Numbered from the stretch's first letter, positions 32,086-41,364 are shown. The stretch is 64,000 nucleotides of DNA from Candidatus Parcubacteria bacterium (GCA_023128895.1 JAGMDC010000003.1:70514-134513); one strand, 5' to 3'. The notes: generated by a model not told the origin, from the sequence alone. Translations and numbers: made by a program.

Positions 32086-33122
32086 TGTTTTCTCAAGTAC
32101 TCTGCCGCTTTTTCCGGCTCAATAGTTGAAATCTCTATGCCAGTGCAAAGTTCAAACCCAGCCCAGGTAGATGTTTTTGGCAGAATAGACAAATGCCAGT
32201 GATAAAAATCGTAATTTTTCCCGTCGCACGGCGCTGTATGAATAAAAAAATTATACGACGGATTATTCAACCCTTTATAAAGTTTATGCATTGCCATTTG
32301 CAACACTTCCGCAAGAGCCCATTTCTGTTTCTCGCTGATTCTCTCAAAATAAGCAGAATGCTGTTTGGGCGAAATCACGATTTCAAACGCCATTCTTGAC
32401 GCAAAAGGACATAAAGCTACAAAATATTTATTCTCAAACACAATTCTTTTCTTATTTTTAATATCCCATTTGTTCATTAAGCAGTGAACGCATTTTTTAC
32501 TATCCTTAAAAAATTTTTTGGAGCAGTTTAGCCCTGACTGGATGTCTGGATCCATAATAGGAATAGCGATAATCTGGGAATGCGGATGCGCTATGGAAGC
32601 GCCAGCTTCCGGACCATGATTGTGAAAAATAGAAACATAATTAACGAATTTTTCTTTCATCAAATCAAGATATCTGTCTTGATAAACATCAATTACTTCT
32701 TTAATTTGCGTTTGGGAAAATTGCGCTATCTGCTTTCTATGGTCTTTTGTTATTATTACTTCATGAAAACCCGCGGCGTTCATCAAATGATAAGGGCCTT
32801 CTGTTCTTTTATTTATTTTTTCATTATAAATAAACGCCGGATATTTATTCGGCACTGACACTACAGACCATCGTTTAGGAATCCCGCCTTTTGCGGTTAT
32901 ATCAACCTTCTTGCCGTCATAAAAAACCATCAAAGGTTTCTCCTGTTTGGAAAGATGGCAAAACACGCAATCTCGCGGAGAAACATGCTCTATAATTTTC
33001 TTGTCCTTTTTAAATGTTTCAGGCCTTCGCGCGCGGCCAGTGGCAATGACCACCCAATCTCCGCTTACTAAATCAAAACGAAGTTCTGACGGAAATTTTG
33101 CTTTTTTACTTTTATTTATCAT
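32082..33122 (-). CDS. galT: galactose-1-phosphate uridylyltransferase
   Basis: HIT-like HPHSQIIAIP; zinc ligands CVFC..H. Confidence 0.85.
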   Translation of the reverse strand: MINKSKKAKFPSELRFDLVSGDWVVIATGRARRPETFKKDKKIIEHVSPRDCVFCHLSKQEKPLMVFYDGKKVDITAKGGIPKRWSVVSVPNKYPAFIYNEKINKRTEGPYHLMNAAGFHEVIITKDHRKQIAQFSQTQIKEVIDVYQDRYLDLMKEKFVNYVSIFHNHGPEAGASIAHPHSQIIAIPIMDPDIQSGLNCSKKFFKDSKKCVHCLMNKWDIKNKKRIVFENKYFVALCPFASRMAFEIVISPKQHSAYFERISEKQKWALAEVLQMAMHKLYKGLNNPSYNFFIHTAPCDGKNYDFYHWHLSILPKTSTWAGFELCTGIEISTIEPEKAAEYLRKQ

Positions 33123-33852
33123 CGTACTTTTTCAACACCAAATTTTTTCTAATGTGGAAAACATCTATCAGCATTTTTACCATATTTTTGAAACCCACTG
33201 TGCTTGTAGTGTCGTTTATCCATCTCACTGGTACTTCTTTTATCTCATAACCCATTTTTTTTGCCAAGACCAAAATTTCAACATCAAAAGCAAAACGGTC
33301 AATTTTACACTTTGGAAAAATATCCTCTACCGACTTTGCGGTGAATCCCTTAAACCCGCATTGAGTATCCCAAATTCCCCTTAACCCTGAAACAATTTGG
33401 ACAATTAAATTAAAAATATTGCCAAGTATTATTCTCCACCAGGGCTGAGACACGGCAATATCCGCGCCTTTTATATCCCGCGAGCCAATCACGACTTCGC
33501 GTCCCTTGTCAAATTCAGGCCACATCTTTTCTATGTGGTTTATAGTTGTAGAATTATCAGCGTCCATAAACACGCAAAATTCTCCTTTTGCTTCCAACAT
33601 TCCCTGCCGCGTCACAAAACCTTTCCCGCGATTTTTTTTATTATCAATCAAACGCAAATTTTTAATTTCCGGTAAAACCTGGCTCACTTCCTCTGCTGTC
33701 TTGTCCGGCGAACCGTCATTAACAACAATAATTTCATAAGTATATTTTTGGCTCCTCAAATACTCATCAATTTTTTTTAAGGTATCTCCAATACGACCCG
33801 CTTCTTTATAAGCCGGAATTATAACTGACAAATGAATTTTTTTATTATCCAT
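33112..33852 (-). CDS. family 2 glycosyltransferase (dolichyl-phosphate sugar transferase-like)
   Basis: LSVIIPAYKE ... VVNDGSPD, DAD motif. Confidence 0.85.
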   Translation of the reverse strand: MDNKKIHLSVIIPAYKEAGRIGDTLKKIDEYLRSQKYTYEIIVVNDGSPDKTAEEVSQVLPEIKNLRLIDNKKNRGKGFVTRQGMLEAKGEFCVFMDADNSTTINHIEKMWPEFDKGREVVIGSRDIKGADIAVSQPWWRIILGNIFNLIVQIVSGLRGIWDTQCGFKGFTAKSVEDIFPKCKIDRFAFDVEILVLAKKMGYEIKEVPVRWINDTTSTVGFKNMVKMLIDVFHIRKNLVLKKYDDK

Positions 33853-33883
33853 AATAATTTTTTTATTATTTATCTATTGTACC

Positions 33884-33919
33884 AAAAAAATATAAAAAAA
33901 AGTAGGGTGATAAAACCCT
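33884..33919 (-). terminator. rho-independent terminator (AGGGT-GATAAA-ACCCT + U-run)
   Basis: Seen directly after the stop of the 33921..34490 gene. Confidence 0.65.
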
Positions 33920-33920
33920 T

Positions 33921-34490
33921 TTAATCAATTATATTTTTTACTTGTTCTAAAATCTCTCGCAACTCATTCAATGTGCTGCCATTATGGAACGCTCTAATCT
34001 GCCGTATTACTGAAAAATAACTGGGTATTGCTTGTTCCAATAAACCTGTGCGCAAAAATCTGTCTATTGAACCAGTCTGCATAGTAATATCAGCGTAAAC
34101 ATAGCTAATTCTCTCTTGAATATCCGCAATTTGGCGTACTATATTGTTTCCTTGGAAAGCCGATTCTAATTTATTCAAATGCATTATTATCTTTTGCAGC
34201 CAATCAATGTATCCCTCTAAAATACTTGTGTCTATGTGTAAAACATCTTTATCGCTGACTTTTGTGAAAAAATATTGATTAAACGTTTCAATCTGTTCAA
34301 TCATTTTTTCTAAAAAAACAACAAGTCCTTGCGCGTAATATCCTTCATCAATCATTTTTTTCACAAAAATATTGAATGGCATCAAATCTAAATCTGCTTC
34401 TGTAATTTTTCTAAATCCTGAAATCGATTTTTCTGTTTTTGCCTTTTTATGTACGCCAAAACTTTCAAAAATCTTTTTCATTTCTCCCAT
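33921..34490 (-). CDS. hypothetical protein
   Basis: ORF. Confidence 0.5.
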   Translation of the reverse strand: MGEMKKIFESFGVHKKAKTEKSISGFRKITEADLDLMPFNIFVKKMIDEGYYAQGLVVFLEKMIEQIETFNQYFFTKVSDKDVLHIDTSILEGYIDWLQKIIMHLNKLESAFQGNNIVRQIADIQERISYVYADITMQTGSIDRFLRTGLLEQAIPSYFSVIRQIRAFHNGSTLNELREILEQVKNIID

Positions 34491-34630
34491 AATTATCCCC
34501 TCCTATTTTATGATTTATTGAATGTACTATCTCAAACTTAACAAACTATCTTGAATTTGTAAAGAAAAAATTCAAAAAATAAGTAAAAAAATTCGGGGAA
34601 AGAATTAATTCAAGCCCCATGATTGCGATT

Positions 34631-35026
34631 TTACCAATCGATTACCTCTATGAAGGGATTTTCCGCGCGCATGATCCGAGTCCAAATGTCTATGACTCTC
34701 CGAGGATGGACAGTTTTCCACTCTCCTTTCAAAATAACTCCTATCACACTAACCCTTCTCCCTGGAGTTAAATCTCCAAAATATATATTATTCCAAAGAT
34801 TATAGCTTTCTCCCTCTACTGCCAGATAGTAAGGGCCCAACCTTATCGCTTCACTGAGACACATTCCTTCGCGAGGCATTATTTGGATAATCAATCCTCC
34901 TGCTTTTTCCAATACTTCCATGCAAGAAAGTATTTCTTCTATCATTTGTTCTGTTGTTATCTCTATCTTTTTCTTCCCTTTTATCTCTTTTCCCACCTTT
35001 TTCACTTCTTCCAATATTTTTCCCAT
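34631..35026 (-). CDS. hypothetical small protein, unit 3 of the tandem array (paralogue of 35571..35960)
   Basis: Shares the N-terminal pattern MGxxLxxxxEV..K..KKxT.EAMIEEIxxCM with the 129-aa paralogue; C-terminus divergent. Confidence 0.6.
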   Translation of the reverse strand: MGKILEEVKKVGKEIKGKKKIEITTEQMIEEILSCMEVLEKAGGLIIQIMPREGMCLSEAIRLGPYYLAVEGESYNLWNNIYFGDLTPGRRVSVIGVILKGEWKTVHPRRVIDIWTRIMRAENPFIEVIDW

Positions 35027-35171
35027 ATTTATCTATCACATCCTAATTTGTGCTAAATTTAGTATTACTTATCGTCTTATTTCTGTCAAGACTTTGGTGT
35101 CATGAGTTTGAAAAAATAAGTAAAAAAATTCGGGGAAAAAATTGATTCAATCCCCATGTTCACTATATGTG
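35027..35171 (-). repeat. repeat unit: terminator-like hairpin + remnant of the map 3' end (carrying TTGACA) + RBS region
   Basis: Near-identical to 35427-35570 and partially to 34578-34630 and 35961-36040. Confidence 0.8.
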
Positions 35172-35426
35172 TTAATCCCAAAACTTTTTTGTTGCCCTTA
35201 TTCCGAACTCTGGTTTGCCTTCTCTTGTGACTATGATAAATTCAAACTTATCTTCTCGTTTGACTAAAATCGAATTTATGGCTTGCATCATTTCTTCTTC
35301 ACTAAATGATGTAAATTGTTGCGCGCTTAAATTCTTTTTTATCTCCTCACAAGTGACAACCCCTTTGGAATACACTATTATTTTCATTACGGCTCTTCTA
35401 AGGCCAACATTTTTTGGTTCTGCCAT
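35172..35426 (-). CDS. hypothetical small protein, unit 2 of the tandem array
   Basis: ORF preceded by the same duplicated promoter/RBS module. Confidence 0.55.
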   Translation of the reverse strand: MAEPKNVGLRRAVMKIIVYSKGVVTCEEIKKNLSAQQFTSFSEEEMMQAINSILVKREDKFEFIIVTREGKPEFGIRATKKFWD

Positions 35427-35570
35427 ATTACACCCCTTAATTTATGCTAAATTTAACATAAACTAATCCTTGATTTCTGTCAAGACTTTGGTGTCATGAG
35501 TTTGAAAAAATAAGTAAAAAAATTCGGGGAAAGAATTAATTCAAGCCCCATGATTGCGCCGCCACAAAAA
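35427..35570 (-). repeat. repeat unit (as 35027-35171)
   Basis: Contains CATGACACCAAAGTCTTGACAGAAATCAAGGATTAG, copied from the map C-terminus (..HGPKVLTEIKD*). Confidence 0.8.
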
Positions 35571-35960
35571 TCATCTCACTATTTTTACACTAAAATTCTC
35601 GGAAAGAATTATGTCTTCCCAAATTTTTCTCGCTTGGGCAAGCACTGGGGTCCCTTTCTCCCATAATCGATCCAACCCGCCAGCAAATATTTCATATAAC
35701 TGTTGTTCTAAGGTATCTGAAGTTTGAACTAACAAGTTGCTCCACCCAGCATGAGGTATAGACAAATAATTCCCTGCTATTCTTATCTTTCGTTTCGAAT
35801 CCATCGAATCAACTATCGCAATCTCTAACACTTTTCCAATTTCCGCTGCTTTAGCCATACACTTCATGATTTCTTCTATCATCGCTTCAGATGTCAATTT
35901 TTTTCTCGATTTTTTTTCTTTTTCCACGACTTCATTAATTTTATCTAACACATTTCCCAT
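35571..35960 (-). CDS. hypothetical small protein, unit 1 of the tandem array
   Basis: ORF immediately downstream of map. Confidence 0.6.
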   Translation of the reverse strand: MGNVLDKINEVVEKEKKSRKKLTSEAMIEEIMKCMAKAAEIGKVLEIAIVDSMDSKRKIRIAGNYLSIPHAGWSNLLVQTSDTLEQQLYEIFAGGLDRLWEKGTPVLAQARKIWEDIILSENFSVKIVR

Positions 35961-35998
35961 TTTTTATCACCCCTAATTAGTGCTAAATATAGCATAAA

Positions 35999-36751
35999 CT
36001 AATCCTTAATTTCTGTCAAGACTTTGGGACCATGAGCAGTAATTGCGATAGTGTGCTCAAAGTGCGCGCAGACAGACCCGTCAATTGTTTGAAAAGCATG
36101 CCCGTCTGGACCTCTTCTAATTTTCCAATCCCCTGTAGTGAGCATTGGCTCAATGCAAAAAACCATTCCCGGTTTAATAACCGCGCCAGCGCGGCGCTTG
36201 CCGTAATTCAAAACTTCTGGCTCTTCGTGAAGTTCTTTGCCAATCCCATGCCCGCATAGTTCGCGCACAACTCCGAATCCTTGGTCTTCAGCGTGGCGCT
36301 GGATAGTGTTCCCAATATCTCCAAAAGTGTTTCCTGGACGCGATTTCTTAATTCCCCTCTTCAGCGCTTTCTTTGTCGCCCTTATTAAACGCAAAATTTC
36401 CGGAACAACTTCTCCAACTGGAACAGTTATTGCCATATCAGAAAGATATCCTTTATATTTCAAACCTAAATCTAAGGTTATAATATCTCCCTGCTTTAAC
36501 TTATAATCACACGGAACTTCGTGGACGATTGACTGATTTACTGACGAACACAATGCCGCTGGATACCCGCCATAACCCTTGAATGCCGGTTCTGTGTTAT
36601 ATTTAAAAATAAGGTCCTCTGCGGCCTTATCTAATTGTTTGGTAGTAATCCCCACATCAACCATCTGCTCCAATTGTTTCACAATTTTTGCCAAAATTTT
36701 ACCCGCTTCCGCCATTATTGCGATTTCCTGTTTGGTTTTTATAGAAATCAT
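35999..36751 (-). CDS. map: methionine aminopeptidase type I
   Basis: Pita-bread fold metal ligands (D..D..H..E..E). Confidence 0.9.
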   Translation of the reverse strand: MISIKTKQEIAIMAEAGKILAKIVKQLEQMVDVGITTKQLDKAAEDLIFKYNTEPAFKGYGGYPAALCSSVNQSIVHEVPCDYKLKQGDIITLDLGLKYKGYLSDMAITVPVGEVVPEILRLIRATKKALKRGIKKSRPGNTFGDIGNTIQRHAEDQGFGVVRELCGHGIGKELHEEPEVLNYGKRRAGAVIKPGMVFCIEPMLTTGDWKIRRGPDGHAFQTIDGSVCAHFEHTIAITAHGPKVLTEIKD

Positions 36752-37407
36752 TTAATTTTCTCAAGGATTTCTTTGAAGACATCGTCAATCGGCTGTTCGC
36801 CGTTAATTTTAATAAGCCGATTTTGTTGTTTATAATACTCAACTACTTCTACAACTGTATTATCATAATAATCAAGACGATTATTTATGGCTTCAACGCT
36901 ATCATCGCGCCGAGTAATTAACTCTCCCCCGCATTTATCGCAAACTTTCAATTTCTTAAATTCGCCCACCCATGGAATTAATCGCCCACACTCCTTGCAA
37001 ATCCTTCTTTTGGTCAAACGGCCAATCGCTTCTTCTCTGGAAATATCAATTAATAAATTAAAAGTATTTTCTTTGCGTTCCAAAAATTCTAAAAATCTAT
37101 CTAATGCTTGCGCCTCGCTAACTCTGCGAGGAGCGCCATCAAGAATAAATCCCTGATCTTCTTTAAGATTATAAGCAAAACTATGCATCCATAAAGTTGC
37201 TGCCAAATCATCTAATGGGAATCCGCCCTCTCTCACAATTTTTTTAACTCTCGCGCCCGTGTCTGTGTCAGCTTTTAATAAATCTCTAAATAAATCACCA
37301 GTGGAAATATAACAAAAATCGCCAAATTCTTTCATTAAAAGTTTCGCTTGTGTCCCTTTGCCTGAACCAGACCTTCCTATTAAAGTAAAATTTATTGGTT
37401 TGTCCAT
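36748..37407 (-). CDS. adk: adenylate kinase with zinc-ribbon LID
   Basis: P-loop GRSGSGKGTQ; CKECG...CDKCG; start set at MDKPINF because the track's upstream extension lies inside repeat copy 2. Confidence 0.85.
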   Translation of the reverse strand: MDKPINFTLIGRSGSGKGTQAKLLMKEFGDFCYISTGDLFRDLLKADTDTGARVKKIVREGGFPLDDLAATLWMHSFAYNLKEDQGFILDGAPRRVSEAQALDRFLEFLERKENTFNLLIDISREEAIGRLTKRRICKECGRLIPWVGEFKKLKVCDKCGGELITRRDDSVEAINNRLDYYDNTVVEVVEYYKQQNRLIKINGEQPIDDVFKEILEKIK

Positions 37408-37417
37408 AATGATAAAT

Positions 37418-37589
37418 GAGCAAGGCAACAAGTCCTCAATGGCAAACATCGGAGGCGCCTGAGCATGGTCCGAGCCCCTACACCTAAATTAGGTGTGGGG
37501 GCTCGGTCAGGCGCTGAGATATTAGACCCCAAAACCCACCTTAGGGGTTTGAGGGTCGGTGCCTTGAGGGCTTCGTTGCCTTGCGAATT
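37418..37589. repeat. ~170-nt structured intergenic element, copy 2 (between secY and adk)
   Basis: Same architecture as 26416-26586 with compensatory substitutions in stems. Confidence 0.85.
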
Positions 37590-37599
37590 TAATTAAACG

Positions 37600-38877
37600 T
37601 TAAAATGTTTCGTAGTCCCTCATTTGCAATTGCGCGTTAATCTGCTTCATTGTTTCCAGCACAACTGACACAATAATCAAGAGAGCTGTTCCTCCCAACA
37701 AGAACTGAAACACCATCACGCCGGTAATTCCGCCTATAATAGACGGCATTATCGCGATAGTTCCCAAAAATAAAGCCCCAAAAAGCAAAATCCTGTTCAG
37801 AATATAATACAAAAAATTAGCAGTTGACTCTCCCGGCCTTATTCCAGGCACAAAGCCCCCCATTTTCTGCAAATTTGTTGCTATCGCCTTAGGGTCAAAA
37901 GTTACAGCAGTGTAAAAATAAGTGAACAGCACAACTAAAATAAAATACAAAGTCGCGTAGACCCAGGGATTTTGAAATAAATCCCCTACTGTTTGCGCGA
38001 CACTTCCAACTATGCCGCCCGCGCCTGCCAAAAAACTGGCGATCATTCCCGGGAAAAGCATTAGAGACAAAGCGAAAATAATAGGGATTACGCCTGCCGG
38101 ATTAATATTTAATGGCAAATAAGTTGAGACCCCGCCATACATTTTCTGCCCCCGCACTCTTTTTGCGTAAGAAACAGGGATATTCCGGCGCGCTTCGTTC
38201 ACAACAACCACGCCGGCAATTATAAGAATAGCCATTATGAAAAAAGCAATGTATGTAGGAATTGCGGAAGGATCCCAAGTGATAAACATCTGGCGAATAT
38301 TATTTGGAAAATCAGCAATAATTCCAGCGAAAATCAAAAGCGAAACTCCATTGCCAATTCCTTTTTCGGTAATCAGTTCTCCCAGCCACATTAAAAACAC
38401 GGCTCCAGCGACCACAGTTAAAATTGAACTGGCCATTAAAGCGGGTGAAAGAGAGCCGATAAGCCCCTGTCTTTGAAATAAAGTTAACATAGCAAATCCC
38501 TGCAATGTAGCCAAAGGCACAGTGAGCACTCTTCCATATTGATTAAATTTTTGCCTGCCTGCTTCCCCTTCCTCTTTATACATTTTTTCAAACGCGGGAA
38601 AAATCATGGTCAAAAGTTGTAAAATAATCACTGCTGTAATATACGGCCCCAATCCAAGCATCACAATGGAAAGATTGTCCAACGCCCCGCCGGTAAACAT
38701 ATTCATAAGCCCGAACATCTGATTTCTCTCAAAAAACTCTCTTAAATTTTCTATATCAATTCCGGGGATAGGAATATTCGCGCACAGCCGAAAAACAAAA
38801 AAAATAAATAAAACAAACAACATTTTATTGCGCAAATCGTGAATTTTCAATATTTGTATAAGTTTATCTAAAATCAT
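37600..38877 (-). CDS. secY: preprotein translocase SecY
   Basis: 10-TM SecY pattern. Confidence 0.95.
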   Translation of the reverse strand: MILDKLIQILKIHDLRNKMLFVLFIFFVFRLCANIPIPGIDIENLREFFERNQMFGLMNMFTGGALDNLSIVMLGLGPYITAVIILQLLTMIFPAFEKMYKEEGEAGRQKFNQYGRVLTVPLATLQGFAMLTLFQRQGLIGSLSPALMASSILTVVAGAVFLMWLGELITEKGIGNGVSLLIFAGIIADFPNNIRQMFITWDPSAIPTYIAFFIMAILIIAGVVVVNEARRNIPVSYAKRVRGQKMYGGVSTYLPLNINPAGVIPIIFALSLMLFPGMIASFLAGAGGIVGSVAQTVGDLFQNPWVYATLYFILVVLFTYFYTAVTFDPKAIATNLQKMGGFVPGIRPGESTANFLYYILNRILLFGALFLGTIAIMPSIIGGITGVMVFQFLLGGTALLIIVSVVLETMKQINAQLQMRDYETF

Positions 38878-39311
38878 TTTAATTCTTTGATTTTTCCGCC
38901 AATTTTTTCTATCTTTTCTTTCGCTGTTTTAGATATTTTGCAATCTTCAATAATCAATGCTTTGGTTATCTGCCCCTTTCCTAAAATTTTAACTCGCGGA
39001 ATTCTTTTTTCTATTTTACGAATTATTCCTTTTTTAAGCAAGGCTGCTGGATTTACTTTTTCTTTATCCTGGAAATATTTTTCAAAAAAAGCAAAATTTA
39101 TTTCCAAAAAATTCTTTGGTTTGGGATTAAATTTATAACCCCTTAATTTTGGGTATCTCTTAAGCAACCCGCGGACCATTGGTTCTTTATTGCTGCCAGA
39201 TCTTGATTTCTGTCCTTTTAATCCGCGTCCAGCATAAGTGCCGCGCTTCCCTCCGCGGGCAACGCGCTTTCTTGTTTTTGTTTTATGATTTGGTTTAAGT
39301 TCATTCAACAT
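38874..39311 (-). CDS. rplO: 50S ribosomal protein L15
   Basis: uL15 sequence pattern; follows rpsE directly (no rpmD). Confidence 0.9.
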   Translation of the reverse strand: MLNELKPNHKTKTRKRVARGGKRGTYAGRGLKGQKSRSGSNKEPMVRGLLKRYPKLRGYKFNPKPKNFLEINFAFFEKYFQDKEKVNPAALLKKGIIRKIEKRIPRVKILGKGQITKALIIEDCKISKTAKEKIEKIGGKIKELK

Positions 39312-39317
39312 AAATTA

Positions 39318-39851
39318 TTACTTTTTAGTTTTTTTATCAACATCGCTACGCTCGCCTGCATCGCTATGCGAAGCATTGCGGGCAGGTGTGTTTCCTAACA
39401 TCTCTAACGCTGCAATAGTTGCTTTTGCGTTGTTTAATTTATTTCTGGTCTTCCCGAGTACCTTTGAAGATATATTTTTAATTCCAGCCAAAGAACAAAT
39501 TACCCTGACTGTGCCGCCTGCGACTAATCCTCTGCCTTCTTTTTGCGGCTTAAGCAGGACTTTTGCGGCTCCAAATTTGGAAATCACTTCATAAGGAATA
39601 GTGCCTTGTGAAATAGGAACTTTGATTAAATTCTTTTTTGCCAACCTGGTTGCTTTTTCTATGCCCTGCGCTACATCAGAACCCTTGGCCACTCCAACTC
39701 CAACTCTCCCTTTTTTATCGCCAACAACCATTACAGCGCGAAACCGAAGACGGCGGCCGCCAGCAGTCACCCGTGTTACTCTTGCCAAATCCAAAAGTTT
39801 AGAATCGAACTCGTCTTTTGGCTTATTTTTACGAAATCTTTGATTAAACAT
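39318..39851 (-). CDS. rpsE: 30S ribosomal protein S5
   Basis: uS5 pattern; start set at MFNQRF (the track extends to 39890). Confidence 0.9.
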   Translation of the reverse strand: MFNQRFRKNKPKDEFDSKLLDLARVTRVTAGGRRLRFRAVMVVGDKKGRVGVGVAKGSDVAQGIEKATRLAKKNLIKVPISQGTIPYEVISKFGAAKVLLKPQKEGRGLVAGGTVRVICSLAGIKNISSKVLGKTRNKLNNAKATIAALEMLGNTPARNASHSDAGERSDVDKKTKK

Positions 39852-39877
39852 AATAAAATAATAAATGATTTTTACTC

Positions 39878-39905
39878 TTGACAAAACCAATCAATGTGCT
39901 ATAAC
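39878..39905 (+). promoter_or_regulatory. sigma70-like promoter TTGACA-16-TATAAC
   Basis: Seen in sequence 20 nt upstream of the SD AAGGAGGT. Confidence 0.6.
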
Positions 39906-39924
39906 CTTATCAAGGAGGTTAAAA

Positions 39925-40164
39925 ATGGAAATAGGAACTACTTTTATTTTTGTGATAGCGCTATGTATAATAAGTTTGTGCCATTTGATTTTTTCTTTCG
40001 GCATAAATTTTACCATGGGAAATATGGTTAAAATCGCTGAATCTAATGGTACCAAACTTGAATCTGCTATCAAAAAAATAAAATATGTTAACAGATTAAG
40101 CAATACGATAGCACTCTGTGTCGCCATGTTAGCGCTGGGGATACTAATAGCACAATCCATTTAA
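39925..40164 (+). CDS. small (79 aa) two-TM membrane protein encoded antisense within the rplR-rpsE gap
   Basis: Strong SD AAGGAGGT 5 nt before the ATG; two hydrophobic helices; weak terminator after the stop. Confidence 0.55.
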   Translation: MEIGTTFIFVIALCIISLCHLIFSFGINFTMGNMVKIAESNGTKLESAIKKIKYVNRLSNTIALCVAMLALGILIAQSI

Positions 40165-40211
40165 ATGTTTGCAGGCGGACAAATTCACCTGTATTTTTTT
40201 TATTCAATTTT

Positions 40212-40613
40212 TTAAAATTTCAATCCTGCTTCGCGGGCTCCCTCTGCCAGGGCTTTCACTCTTCCGTGATATTTATATCCGCCTCTGTCAAAAACAATTT
40301 TTTTAATTTTCTTTTCCAGCGCTCTCTCGGCAACCAACTTCCCTACTGCGTATGCCAGCGCTGTTTTGCCTGCCTGCTCGGTAGGCAGGCCTGCCTGCTC
40401 GGTAGGCAGGGCCTTGCGGTCTCCAGCGTCTGGTTTTTTAATTTCTTTTTCCTGCGCCTCAACAATTGTATTCCCTTTTTCGTCATCAATAAGCTGCGCG
40501 TAAATATGCTGATGCGACCGAAAAACGCAAAGACGCGGAATTTTAATAGTTCCAGACACTTTTGCTCTCACCCGTTTATGCCGCCTAATTTTCTTTTCTT
40601 GTTTCTTTAACAT
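40212..40613 (-). CDS. rplR: 50S ribosomal protein L18 carrying an in-frame 14-aa insertion (LPTEQAG x2)
   Basis: uL18 C-terminal pattern; insertion encoded by the tandem palindromic 21-mers. Confidence 0.9.
   Translation of the reverse strand: MLKKQEKKIRRHKRVRAKVSGTIKIPRLCVFRSHQHIYAQLIDDEKGNTIVEAQEKEIKKPDAGDRKALPTEQAGLPTEQAGKTALAYAVGKLVAERALEKKIKKIVFDRGGYKYHGRVKALAEGAREAGLKF
40369..40410. repeat. tandem duplication of the palindromic 21-mer CCTGCCTGCTCGGTAGGCAGG inside the rplR coding sequence
   Basis: Seen in sequence; the same 21-mer occurs between genes at 41795 and, as a variant, at 50128. Confidence 0.85.
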
Positions 40614-40636
40614 ATTTTAACTTAAAAATAAATAAT

Positions 40637-40803
40637 GAGCGAGGCAACAAGCCCTCAATGGCAAACATCGGAAGCGCCTGAGCATGGTCTCCGAGCCACG
40701 CCTACTGGCGGGGCGAGGAGTCAGGCACTGAGATATTAGACCCCAAAATTCCGCTGGGAATTTTGAGGGTCGGTGCCTTGAGGGCTTCGTTGCCTTGCGA
40801 ATT
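40637..40803. repeat. ~170-nt structured intergenic element, copy 3 (between rplF and rplR)
   Basis: Outer helix and hairpin A conserved; hairpin B replaced by a different GC-rich hairpin. Confidence 0.85.
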
Positions 40804-40821
40804 GTTATAAACTACAAAACC

Positions 40822-41364
40822 TTACTCTGCTGTCGCGGCTTTTTTGCCCACTTTCTTTCTTACAATTTCTCCTTCATATCTGATTCCTTTGCCTTTATAC
40901 GGCTCTGGAGGCCGAATTTTTCTTATTTTCGCGGCTGTCTGCCCAACTTTTTCCTTATCAATGCCGGAAACAGTGATTATATTTTTCTCTACTGAAAATT
41001 TCACTCCTGGGACAGATGAAAACTCTACTGAATGGCTAAATCCCACCTGTAAAATTAAATCTTCACCTTGCAAATTTGCCTTATATCCCAATCCCTGCAC
41101 CTCTAATTTCTTTTCATAACCATGAACTACTCCTTCCACCATATTAGAAACCAAACTCCTGGTTAATCCCCAAAAAGCATTAGATTTTTTTGTCTCTGCT
41201 TGCAATAAAACAATAATCTCTCCTTGTTTTTGCTCCAACTTAATTTCAGGCCGAATCTCTCGCGAGAGTTCTCCTTTTGGTCCTTTGACCACAATTTTCT
41301 GACCATCAATTTTCACTTCAACGCCTTCTAATATTTTAATTGGTTTTTTACCTATCCTTGACAT
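40822..41364 (-). CDS. rplF: 50S ribosomal protein L6
   Basis: uL6 pattern. Confidence 0.9.
   Translation of the reverse strand: MSRIGKKPIKILEGVEVKIDGQKIVVKGPKGELSREIRPEIKLEQKQGEIIVLLQAETKKSNAFWGLTRSLVSNMVEGVVHGYEKKLEVQGLGYKANLQGEDLILQVGFSHSVEFSSVPGVKFSVEKNIITVSGIDKEKVGQTAAKIRKIRPPEPYKGKGIRYEGEIVRKKVGKKAATAE

Noticed and set aside
39891-40160. 89-aa minus-strand ORF in the rplR-rpsE gap
   Set aside because: No promoter/SD and no TM consistency; the plus-strand 79-aa ORF has a consensus promoter and SD
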